Positions 10,874-20,738 of a stretch of 64,000 nt of DNA are shown here, piece after piece. The first letter of the stretch is position 1. The number at the start of each line of letters is the position of its first letter. The stretch is from an uncultured Actinomycetes bacterium (GTDB lineage: Bacteria > Actinomycetota > Acidimicrobiia > Spongiisociales > DATADW01), in the NCBI GenBank assembly GCA_963824995.1, contig CAWGRK010000006.1, positions 318,273 to 382,272 of the forward strand, read 5' to 3'. The notes beneath the pieces were generated by a model. It was not told the DNA's origin. It did not search any database and was given only the letters and a program-made list of their open reading frames with translations. The position numbers and the translations under genes were made by a program.

Positions 10874-11380
10874 GTGGCCAAGCAGTACTCGACACCGCCC
10901 GAGATGACGATCGACCTCGCCAAGACCTACGAGGCGGTGATCGACACCGACCACGGCGAGATCACCATCCGGCTCTTCCCCGAGGAAGCGCCCATCACGG
11001 CGAACAACTTCGCATTCCTCGCCGGTGAGGGGTTCTACGACGGGGTCGTCTTCCACCGTGTGGTTCCCGGTTTCGTCATCCAGGGCGGCGATCCGACCGG
11101 CACTGGCAGCGGTGGTCCCGGTTACCGGTTCCGCGACGAGTTGGACAAGCCGCGTCGTTATACGAGGGGCACGGTGGCGATGGCCAATGCAGGGCCCAAC
11201 ACCAATGGAAGCCAGTTCTTCATCACGCTCAAGGACGTGTCGCTTCCCCACCAATACACCATCTTCGGCGAGGTGACCGGAGGGATGGAGACGGTGGACG
11301 CCATCGCCGCCCTGGAACTGCGTGGTGAGCGTCCCGTCGAGGAGCCGGCCATCCGATCTGTCCAGATCCGGGAGAGCTGA
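10874..11380 (+). CDS. Cyclophilin-type peptidyl-prolyl cis-trans isomerase
   Basis: FYDGVVFHRVVPGFVIQGGDPTGTGSGGPGY, AMANAGPNTNGSQFFI. Confidence 0.96.
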   Translation: MAKQYSTPPEMTIDLAKTYEAVIDTDHGEITIRLFPEEAPITANNFAFLAGEGFYDGVVFHRVVPGFVIQGGDPTGTGSGGPGYRFRDELDKPRRYTRGTVAMANAGPNTNGSQFFITLKDVSLPHQYTIFGEVTGGMETVDAIAALELRGERPVEEPAIRSVQIRES

Positions 11381-11780
11381 CCCATAACCACCCCCGAGTC
11401 GACGCTCCCCGGCTGCCGGACCACGTTCGCCTCGGGGCTGGCACTCCTACTTGTCGGAGCGGTGTTCTTCAGCGCCGGGCTGGCCCTGACTCTGGCCGAC
11501 ACCTGCGTTGGTGGATGTGAGCGGCTCGGGTTCACCCTGGCCTTCGCCGGTGCTCCTGTTTCCGGTCTGCTCACATCGGTGGGCGCTATGACCGCATCTG
11601 ACGGGACGCTCGGCGGTTGCCTACCCGCTCGACGTCACCGTCTGGCTGCTGCTCGGCGGGTTGCTCACCAGGGTGGCGGGCCCGGCGCTGCGAGCCCAGT
11701 GGTGGCGCTGGCTCGGAGTGTTCGTTGCGGTCGCCCTGCTTTACGGACTTCTGCTCTCGCTGTTGGTGGAGCGCGTCTGA
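11381..11780 (+). CDS. Small hypothetical membrane protein; frameshifted, boundaries uncertain
   Basis: Hydrophobic stretches in successive frames; stop TGA at 11778-11780. Confidence 0.45.
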
Positions 11781-11903
11781 CCGAAATCCGCCAACCCTGG
11801 GTTCGAACGGTGCCATAGCGACCGTTCCAGCCCACGGTTCGAGGGCGTTCTGTGGGCCCGAAGCGTTGCTCTGCGACGCTACGAACCCTGGGTTGCGGGG
11901 TTC

Positions 11904-13154
11904 TCACCCCACGTACTGCTCCAGGTCGGAGGGGTCGAACGGGCCGACGGCGCCGATCACCCGCGGGCCGCCCAGGACCTCGGCCGCAACCTCGCGCACC
12001 TCGTCGAGGGTGACGCTCTCTATCCGCTCGATCCGCTCGTCCACCGACAGATGCGGGTTCCCGATCAACTCGTCGCGGCCCAGGCGGGTCATCCTGCTGT
12101 TGGCGTCCTCCAGCGCGATGGCAAGACCGCCCCTCATGTTCCCTTTGGCCCGATCCAGTTCGTCCTGGCTGACCCCCTTGGCCGACATCAGCTCGAGTTC
12201 GCTCAGGATCAACTCCATGGCGGTGGCCACCAGGTCCGGTGTGGTCCCGATGTACACCCCCCAGGCGCCGGTGTCGGCGAAGGGGAGCCGGAAGCTGTAG
12301 ATCGAGTACGCCAGCCCGCGCTCCTCGCGGATCGTCGTGAACAGGCGAGATGAGAGACCACCACCCAGGACATGGTTCATCACCTCGAGGGCGAACCGCC
12401 TCTCGTCCGACCGGGTGAGCCCCTCGCCGCCGATCACGAGGTGGGTCTGCTCGGTTGGCCGGCGCACCACCCGCACACGGCGCTCGACCAGCGGCGACGA
12501 AAGATCGTGTTCGACACCGGGACCGCCCCAGGAGCCGAACAGCGATCCGGCGAGTTCGACCACCTGGTCGTGGTCGATCGATCCCGTCAGGGCGAGCACC
12601 GCCGAATCGACCCGGTAGCGGCGCTTCCAGTAGCCGCTGAGGTCCTGACGGGTCATCGCCCGGATCGACTCCCGCGTGCCGAGAACCGGACGCTCCAGCG
12701 GGTGGCCATCGAACAGGGCGACGGTGAACTCCTCGAAGGCGACGTCCGATGGGTCGTCGTCGTTCATGTTGATCTCTTCGATCACGACCTGGCGCTCAGA
12801 GTCGATCTCCTCGGGCCGGAACGCCGGTCGCTGGAGCATCTCGGCGAGGACGCCGAGACCCTTGGGGAGGTCCTCGTCGAGCAGCCGCGCCCAGAAGCAG
12901 GTGTACTCCTTGGTGGTGAAGGCATTCGACTCGGCGCCCATGGCGTCGAAGGTCTCTGAGATCTGCCGGGCGGTGAGCGTCTCCGACCCCTTGAAGAGGA
13001 GATGCTCGAGGAAGTGCGAGGCGCCCGCCTCGTTGGGGAGCTCGTCCCGGGTCCCGGTATCCACCCAGCACCCAACCGCAACGGAACGCAGCCCTGGGAT
13101 CGCCTCGGTGATCACCCGGAGCCCATTGGGAAGGGTGGTGAGTGCGTAGTGCAT
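11904..13154 (-). CDS. M16 (pitrilysin) family zinc peptidase
   Basis: Inverted zincin motif HFLEH (HxxEH), NAFTTKEYT, GGGLSSRLFTTIREERGLAY. Confidence 0.95.
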   Translation of the reverse strand: MHYALTTLPNGLRVITEAIPGLRSVAVGCWVDTGTRDELPNEAGASHFLEHLLFKGSETLTARQISETFDAMGAESNAFTTKEYTCFWARLLDEDLPKGLGVLAEMLQRPAFRPEEIDSERQVVIEEINMNDDDPSDVAFEEFTVALFDGHPLERPVLGTRESIRAMTRQDLSGYWKRRYRVDSAVLALTGSIDHDQVVELAGSLFGSWGGPGVEHDLSSPLVERRVRVVRRPTEQTHLVIGGEGLTRSDERRFALEVMNHVLGGGLSSRLFTTIREERGLAYSIYSFRLPFADTGAWGVYIGTTPDLVATAMELILSELELMSAKGVSQDELDRAKGNMRGGLAIALEDANSRMTRLGRDELIGNPHLSVDERIERIESVTLDEVREVAAEVLGGPRVIGAVGPFDPSDLEQYVG

Positions 13155-13226
13155 GAGCCGGATGATACGGAGATGCCGGGAACGAGTCGCCGGGCCGTAT
13201 GCCAGGAGGCGGCACTGAGTGAGACA

Positions 13227-15350
13227 ATGGGCGGCTATGCCGTCGGCGACCCGCCCCCTGGACCACCGCTCCAGCACTCACCCAGCTGGTCCGGCCCGAG
13301 GAACGCGCCATCGAGGAGGTGGTGGGCCGCTACCAGCGGGTGGCACCCGCGGTGACCCGGTTCGCCCGCACCCTCTCTGGCAACCCCCAACTGGTGGTCA
13401 GGCTCGGCCCAGAGTCGTCGGCCGGAGCCGACGAGATCGTGTGCGACCCGCGCGTCTTCCAGGCGGCCTACGCGGTGTCGGCACCGGTGACACCCGACGA
13501 GGTGGCTATCGCCTCGGCGCTCCACGAGGTCGTACACCTGGTCGCTACCGACCTCGACGAGCGGCGAGCCGTTCCCGACGTATTCGCCCCCCACGGGGTG
13601 ACCGGGGAGAGCGACCTGATCGGGGTGCTCCGCGCCGCCGGTGGGTCCGCCCTCGAGGCGCTCTTCTTCGCCCTCGAGGACGCCCGCCAGGAGCGGGTCA
13701 ACCTCGCCGTCTATCCGGGAGCCCGCTCGGTGCTGGCCGACATCTATTCGGCGGCATCCCAGGTGCACCTCGGACAGTCACGCCTGCTCGGGCAATTCGC
13801 ACTCGCTTGCTTCCTCATGACCGGGGGCTACGAGGATCGGGATCGCCTGGAGCGCCGCGTCGACGGGCGGGTCGCCGTGGCTTTGGCCGACGCCGGACCG
13901 TACATCGAGCAGGCGGCCGCGGCGGCGGATCCGTGGGAGGTAGCCGTGGCGGCGCTGATGCTGCTCGAAGTGGCAAGCGGATCCACCGCCTCGTCAACCG
14001 AAGGGCAGCCCAGCGGAGACCGTTGCCGAGCGGCGGGACCGTCAGGACAATGACCGGCGCGCCGTCTCCGACGGCCGTGGACCGGGTCAGGCTGACGAGT
14101 CCCAGTGCTGCGCGACTGCCGAGGGATACGAGGAGACCCGGAGGTCGGCCCAGGCGCGGGCGGGCGACGCCCCCCGTCGGGCCGACAGCGAGGTCGCCGG
14201 GCAGGAGGGCATCGACCAGACTACTCAGGGTGAGTCAGGCACCCACGATCTACCTCCCCAACGGGATGCGGGGCAGGCTCCTCGTCACCCCGATACCCGA
14301 CCAGTTCCGTAGCTTCGGCGACCAGGGCAGGGAGGCTCTGGATCGCTTCGCCCGGCGGTGGCAGGTGGCGCAAAGACACGTATCGGGCGAGCTGTATCCG
14401 TTGTTCGTGGCCAACCAGCGCCGCGGGCTGCGCTCGGGGTACGACGCCGGCGATCTCTCGCCGCACGCCGCGCTGTTCATCGGTGCCGGGCTCTACCAGC
14501 GGATCTACGAGCGGAGGGCTCTACCCAACCGGCGCTCGTATGCGGTGAGCCTGCTGGTCGACGCCTCCGCCTCGATGCTCCAGCCCCGCTCGATCGGGGC
14601 AACACCGGCAAGTCGCCATGGGGGATGGCCGCGGCGCTCCTCGGCGCATGGACGCTGGCCAGGCTGTGCGACGAGCTTCAGGTCGAGTTCGAGGTGGCGC
14701 TCTTCAACCGCTCCTTCGCCGCCCGCCGCACCGACACCGAGGCCAGGTACACGGCGAGCCGCTCCCGAGCCACCGCCGGGCTTCGCCAGAGCCAGGGTGC
14801 GGCTGCCGAGCGGCTCATCTCAACCGTGAACCACTACCTGGTGAAGCCGTTCGGGCGCCGCTGGCGCGACGCTGAGGACGTCCTCGCCGGGTTGTTCCGG
14901 ACGGCCGCCGAGCCGGCTGAGGCCGAAATGGAGGCGAAGCGCTACCCCAACTCGAGCCCTCCTGTCTCGATGTTCGAGAAGGCGGCCAACGTCGACGAGT
15001 TCAACGTGATCCACGCCGCCGAGCGGATGGCGCGCACCGGCTCGACGGTCCGGGTGCTGGTGGTGCTCGCCGACGGCATGACACGCGGCTCGGTCGAATC
15101 GCTCGCCGCTGCGGTCAACGGCGTCGAGCACGGTGGCACCACGGTTCTCGGCATCGGGATCGGCGACGCCACCGTCGAAGCCGCCTACCGTCGCAGCGAG
15201 GTGGTCGGCCGGCCGGAGGCGCTCACCAGGGCCATCGTGGACGGCACCAGACAGGCGCTGCGCCGCAGCCTGGCGATGTGGGGGATGGAGGCCTGGTGGC
15301 AGCGCGCCAGCCGCACGCCCGAGCGGGGCCTGCAGACCATCGATCAATGA
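13227..15350 (+). CDS. CobT/NorD-like protein: N-terminal HExxH domain plus C-terminal VWA domain; several frameshifts
   Basis: LHEVVH and FFALEDARQE in 13319-14053; MIDAS LLVDASASM near 14550; NVDEF, VLVVLADG, VLGIGIG near the end. Confidence 0.75.
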
Positions 15351-15360
15351 GAGGAACCCA

Positions 15361-16368
15361 ATGAACGTGACCTTCAACGACCCTGCAGGCGCGGGCAAGC
15401 CAATCACGCTGGAACGATTTCTCGCTGCCAGGCGACCTCGAGGACATCGACCATCGCCACCGCAAGATCCCGACGCAGACCCCCACTACGTCGACCTGGG
15501 GATGCTCTACCGCTTCGCCCGGTTGGAAGAGGTGCGACGTCAGGAACCAGTCCGGGTTCGCCCCACTCCATGTGGCGGTGCGTGGTCACATGGGTACAGG
15601 GAAGGACCACGACATCGAGCAGTTCGCCGCCATGCTCGGCCTCCCCTATTTCCGGATACCGCTGACCGGCGAGGTGCGGGACGTCACCCTCATCGGGTCG
15701 ACCAAGCTCCACGGTGACGGGAAGGGGGGCACCGAGAGTCGGTGGCAGGACGGCGATATCACCAGGGCGCTGCGCGGCCCGGCGCTGGTCAACCTTTCGG
15801 AGCTCAACGCCGCCGGCGCCGAGACGCTGTTCGCCCTCCACGGGCTGCTCGACCGATACGCGGCGCTCGATCTGCCAAACGGGGAAACCGTGCAACTCAG
15901 GGGTGACGTTCGGCTGTTCGGGACGATGAACCCGACCGACCTGCGCGACTATGCCGGGACCCAGACGCTCAACAAGGCGTTCGCCGACCGCTGGGTGATC
16001 TGGGAGAAGGACTTCCCCACCTCGGACGAGATCACATCGATGCTCGAGGTCCGCTATCCGGCGCTGCGCGCCTCCGTTCGTCGAGGCGATCTGCCCGTCT
16101 GGCGGTCGAGGTCAACGCCTCGTTCCGGACGACCGACCAGGGAACGAGGGTGGAGACGCCGATGAGCCTGCGCACCGTGCTCGACCGGGTCCCCGCCGGG
16201 TCTGATGGTCCACGCCGGCGAGACCGACCCACTCCGGCAAGCCTGGGACTCGATGGTCCTACCCCACGTCGACCCATACGATCGCGACCATTACGACACG
16301 GTGTGGAACGCGGTGGTCAGGAAGGGCCCGGCAGGTCCCCCCTTCGAGGGCTGACCCGGTCCGACTAA
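15361..16368 (+). CDS. CbbQ/NorQ/CobS-like (MoxR clade) AAA+ ATPase; frameshifted, end approximate
   Basis: GHMGTGKD (Walker A), WQDGDITRAL, VNLSELN (Walker B), FGTMNP, TLNKAFADRW; SD GAGG upstream of ATG 15361. Confidence 0.85.
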
Positions 16369-16914
16369 CCATCGACCGAGAAGCTCTCGACCAGGCGGTC
16401 GAATGTCGCCTTGATCTCCTCACGGTTCTCTGCGGGGCCGAGCGACTGCAATTGGACCAGTTGGCTGTCGATCAGCATGGCCCGGAGGAATACGACCACA
16501 TCGGTCCCCTCGCTCGTTGCCGCGATCTCGGCGTCGCGCGCCGGGTAGTCGAGCCCCTCGACCGCCTCGTCGGACACGGTGGTGCCACCCAGGTTGGACG
16601 AGGCTCCGTCCACGGCTCCCTGGAGAACGGGGTCGGCTCCCCCGGCGGTGGACTCCTCGGGCAGGTCGTTGACGGCGAACGCCACCGCGCTGTCGTTCTC
16701 CTCGACCAGCCAGGTGTCAACCGAGATCGGCCCGAGCGCGGACGGCGCCTCGAATGTGTCCTGCTCGGGCTCGGCGGGCATCTCCATGGTGAAGCCGGCA
16801 GCCGAGACCGGGACCCAGGTCTCGGTGGCGACGTCTCCTCGAGCAGGCGGCTAGCAAGAGGCCCACCAGCAGCACAGTCCAAGATATTCGACGGTATTCA
16901 GTGGCTTGTCTCAT
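16365..16914 (-). CDS. Hypothetical lipoprotein; frameshifted
   Basis: Signal peptide with lipobox LLLAACS; mature part ends ...FDRLVESFSVDG. Confidence 0.6.
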
Positions 16915-16997
16915 GACCTGACATTGTGTCAGATCACTGAGTGTCGGTCAAAAGTCACCGGGCTGCCGTCGGGCGGGAGACCACTACGGTGGCCCGG

Positions 16998-18089
16998 ATG
17001 CGCCCCTATGAGATGGGGAACCCGGAACTCGACACCAAGATCCGGGAATTGGTCGATGCCGCCGGGGGCGGGGACAACCCCGAGTTGATCCACGAGTTGA
17101 TCGTGACCGCCCTCAAGCTTGCGCGCGATCGCGCCCAGAGGGGCGATCTCAAGCTGCTCAACAGCGCTCTCAAGGAGATGCGGTACTCGATGCTGGTGTT
17201 CTCCCGGCACCAGGACGAGCCGAAGGTGACGTTGTTCGGGTCTGCCCGACTCCCCGCCGAAGACCCCAACTACCAACTGGCGTACCGGTTCGCCAAATTG
17301 ATCACTCAGAAGGGGTGGGACATCATCACCGGCGCCGGTCCCGGGATCATGGAGGCGGGGTCCACGGCGGCGGGATGGAGAACTCCTTCGGGGTGAGCAT
17401 CAGGCTGCCGTTCGAGCCGGCCGCTTCGGGCTCGATCGCTCCGGAGCGTCTCATCAACTTCAAGTACTTCTTCACCCGCAAGCTCGGGTTCGTCAAGGAG
17501 TCCCACGCTTTCGTCCTCATGCCGGGGGGCTTCGGGACACTCGACGAGACCTTCGAGTTGCTCACCCTGATCCAGACCGGCAAGAGCGATCTTCACCCCA
17601 TCGTGATGCTCGAAGCCGAAGGAACCGGCTTCTGGGAGGCCTGGGACCGGCTGATCCGCACCCACCTCGCCGGGCGGGGGATGATCGCCGAACAGGACCT
17701 GATCTCTCTATCGGATCCTCCATGACGCCGATGAGGCCGTCGAGGAGGTGATCCGCTTCTACGCCAATTATCACTCGCAGCGCTACGTCGGCGGACGGCT
17801 GGTGCTCCGCATCGCCACGGCGCCCAACGAGGAGCAATTGGAGAAACTCAACGAAGAGTTCGCCGACATCGTGGTCGAAGGCAAGATCGAGGTCGTCGAG
17901 CCCACCGAGCGGGAGATCGCGGACAACGACGCCATGGACCGTGCCCGGATCGCGTTCGTCTTCGACCGCCGCAGTTACGGGCGGCTGCGCAACCTGATAG
18001 ACGCCCTCAACGACCTGGTCGGACAGCCCGAGGAGCCCATCCACCCACCGCCGGTATTCGGGGAGGAGCAGGCGGAACGACCCTGGTGA
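16998..18089 (+). CDS. LOG/TIGR00730-family nucleotide-binding protein (long form); frameshifted
   Basis: VTLFGSAR, ITGAGPGIMEA, FKYFFTRK, PGGFGTLDETFE. Confidence 0.9.
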
Positions 18090-18151
18090 CAGGCTCGGCA
18101 GTGCCCCCGGCCGTCATTTTGACCCCAGGATGACGGCTACCATTTGGGGTC

Positions 18152-18883
18152 GTGCGTGACATTCTTTCTGATTTGGTCGCGGAGCAACAGGCTCTCGACC
18201 AGTTCCTGCAGCGCGCCCCGATCCGAGACTGGTCGGTGAAGGCCCGGAACAGCACCACGGTCAAGGACCTGGTGGCACACCTGGCCTCCGATGAGGAACT
18301 GGCGCGCGACTCGCTCGACGGCGGGGGCGAGATGCTCGACCGCGCCATCGCCGAAGGTCCGGACCCCGTGCTCGCCGACCGCGCAACCAGAGCCAACGCC
18401 ATGCGTCCCCAGGACGTGATCGAATGGTGGCGCGAGGCGAGGGCAAAGGTCGTTGAGGCGCTCTCGCGCATGGAAGGCGACGAGCAGGTCCCCTGGCTCG
18501 ACGGGCCGGTGGAGGGGCGTCGCATCGCGGCCGATCGCCTCCGTGACACATGGGCCCATGCCCTCGATATCGAAGGGGTGCTCCGCGGCGAGCCCGAGGA
18601 CTCGGCGCGGCTGCGACATGTCGCCTGGATCGGATGGGCCGAGCTTCCCGAGGCCTTCGCTTCCGCCGGTGAGTCCTACGACGGCGAGGTGAGGCTCGAG
18701 GTGATGGGGCCCGGCTACTCGAAGTGGGTTTGGGGCCCGGAAGGTGGCGAGAGCCTCATCAAAGGGCCTGCCGGCGAATGGTGCCGGCTGGTGGTGGGGC
18801 GGATCCCACCGGGCGCGCTGTCGCTCAAGGTCGAGGGAGACCTCGCCGAGGCTGCGGTGCGCGTTCTCGGCAAGCGGCGATGA
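18152..18883 (+). CDS. Maleylpyruvate isomerase family (mycothiol-dependent-type) protein
   Basis: TVKDLVAHLA, DTWAHALDI, RLRHVAWIG, WVWGPE pattern. Confidence 0.8.
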   Translation: MRDILSDLVAEQQALDQFLQRAPIRDWSVKARNSTTVKDLVAHLASDEELARDSLDGGGEMLDRAIAEGPDPVLADRATRANAMRPQDVIEWWREARAKVVEALSRMEGDEQVPWLDGPVEGRRIAADRLRDTWAHALDIEGVLRGEPEDSARLRHVAWIGWAELPEAFASAGESYDGEVRLEVMGPGYSKWVWGPEGGESLIKGPAGEWCRLVVGRIPPGALSLKVEGDLAEAAVRVLGKRR

Positions 18884-19662
18884 CCCTCCCCCGTCTGGTG
18901 GGGATGGTCCACCTCGGACCGCTCCCCGGGGCCCCCCGCTTCGGCGGGTCGCTCCAGACGGTGATCGACCGTGCGCTAGCCGATGCATCCATCCTGGCCG
19001 AGTCCGGCTTTGACGCACTGATCGTGGAGAACTTCGGCGATGAGCCCTTCTTCCCCGATGAGGTCCCCAAGATCACCGTCGCCGCCATGACCCGGGCCGT
19101 GGCCGCGGTGCGCGACGCCGTCCCTTTGCCGGTGGGTGTCAATGTGCTCCGCAACGACGCAATGGCGGCGTTGGCCGTTGCCGCCGCCACCGGCGCCTCA
19201 TTCATCCGGGTCAATATCCTCTCCGGCGCCATGGTCACCGACCAGGGACTGGTACAGGGCCGCGCCGCCGAGGTTGCCAGGGAACGGGTGGCGCTTGGCG
19301 ATGCCGCCGTCTGGGCCGACATCCATGTCAAGCATGCCGTCCCACTCGGCGCAATCTCCTTGGAGGATGCGGCCAGCGACACGTTTCACCGTGGCGGGGC
19401 GGACGTCCTCATCGTCTCCGGCCGAGCCACCGGACAGCCGACATCCACCGACGACATCGCCCGAGTGCACGACGCCGTGCCCGAGGCGCCCGTGGTGGTC
19501 GGGTCGGGTGTGACCGCCGAGACGGTGGCCCGGATCCTCTCAATGGCGGATGGCGTCATCGCCGGCACCGCCCTGAAGCGAGATGGGATCACCACGAGTC
19601 CGGTCGATCCCAAGAGGGCGGCGGAACTCGTCGCGGCCGCCCGGCAACCTACCTCCCCTTGA
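18880..19662 (+). CDS. BtpA/SgcQ family protein
   Basis: GMVHLGPLPGAP, ENFGDEPF, GVNVLRND, ADIHVKH, SGRATG; ATGA overlap with upstream gene. Confidence 0.93.
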   Translation: MTLPRLVGMVHLGPLPGAPRFGGSLQTVIDRALADASILAESGFDALIVENFGDEPFFPDEVPKITVAAMTRAVAAVRDAVPLPVGVNVLRNDAMAALAVAAATGASFIRVNILSGAMVTDQGLVQGRAAEVARERVALGDAAVWADIHVKHAVPLGAISLEDAASDTFHRGGADVLIVSGRATGQPTSTDDIARVHDAVPEAPVVVGSGVTAETVARILSMADGVIAGTALKRDGITTSPVDPKRAAELVAAARQPTSP

Positions 19663-19874
19663 CCCCCCCGCCGGCCTGGAAGAGGGCGACGGGATGGCGG
19701 TCCTGACCATCGGCCGCTGCAGCGGCAACTGACCGCAAACCGGATCGACCCCCCGCTCCGAATAGTCAGTCGCTGGCCGAATGAGTCGCCCGCCCCATGG
19801 ACCGCGAAGAAGAGATCGTGGACACTGTGTATCGCAGCGGGGTGCGGCTGATCTAGAAGAGGGACGAGGAAGGA

Positions 19875-20496
19875 ATGCGAGGGATGGGACCAGGATTGAC
19901 GGCGGACCGGCAGGTGGACGAGTTCCTCACCATGCTGGGCCAGGGTGTCGACGACCTCGAGGGGCACGGCTTCCGGGTCGCCGCTTTGGCGTTGTCACTG
20001 GGCCGGCATCTCGACCTTTCCGCCTCGCAGCTGGAACACCTCGAAGTGGCGGCGATGTTGCACGACATCGGCAAGATCCGCCTCGACCCCCAAGTGGTCG
20101 GAAAGCCGGGCCCGCTGACCCCCGACGAGTGGCACCACATCCGTCGCCACCCCGAACTCGGGTTCGCCATGACCGCAGGCGTTTTCCACCCAGAGATTGC
20201 CCAGACGGTCCTCTGCCATCACGAACGGTGGGACGGACGGGGCTATCCGCTGGGCCGAGCCGGCACCGAGATCCCCTATCTGGCCCGGATCCTCTGTGTG
20301 GCCGACACATATGACGCAATGACCAGCGATCGCTGCTACCGGTCTTCGCTCCCTCGTTGAGGTCGTGATCGCCGAGCTGATCGCACACGCCGGCACCCAG
20401 TTCGACCCGGCAGTGGTCGACGCCATGGAGGACCTCATCATGGCCGACGCCCTCCCGGTGCTAGCCGCCGCGCAGCCACAGATGGCGGCCGCCTAG
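19875..20496 (+). CDS. Stand-alone HD-GYP domain protein (cyclic dinucleotide phosphodiesterase-like); frameshift near 20350
   Basis: LHDIGKI, HHERWDGRGYP, ADTYDAMTSDR, then GTQFDP in the shifted frame. Confidence 0.9.
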
Positions 20497-20498
20497 CG

Positions 20499-20688
20499 AG
20501 TCGGAAGGCGGAAGTCGGAAGACGGAAGTCAAAACCCGGACGGCTGACACCAGACGGCGTACGGCAGCTGTTCTTCAGAGAGCCAGCACAGCCTGTGTGC
20601 TCTTCTGTCCTCCTTCCCTGAGGAGGAGGGGGCGATCGAAGCGAGCGGAGCGGATAACGTTCCGTCTTCCGTCTTCCGCCTTCCGTCT
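20499..20688. repeat. Intergenic element bounded by inverted heptamer arrays
   Basis: Left GTCGGAA GGCGGAA GTCGGAA GACGGAA; right TTCCGTC TTCCGTC TTCCGCC TTCCGTC; internal TCCTCC..GGAGGA hairpin. Confidence 0.75.
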
Positions 20689-20709
20689 ATACCGCGCAGC
20701 CCGATTTAT

Positions 20710-20731
20710 TGTCACTTCATCCTTCTACGAT
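20710..20731 (+). promoter_or_regulatory. PafBC/RecA-NDp-like DNA-damage promoter of lhr-nei
   Basis: TGTCAC-N10-TACGAT, 7 nt before ATG 20739. Confidence 0.7.
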
Positions 20732-20738
20732 GGCGGTG

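Noticed and set aside
19730..19800. c-di-GMP-I riboswitch upstream of the HD-GYP gene
   Set aside because: Only GCAAAC matches; the GAAA tetraloop and second GCAAAG stem are not visible.
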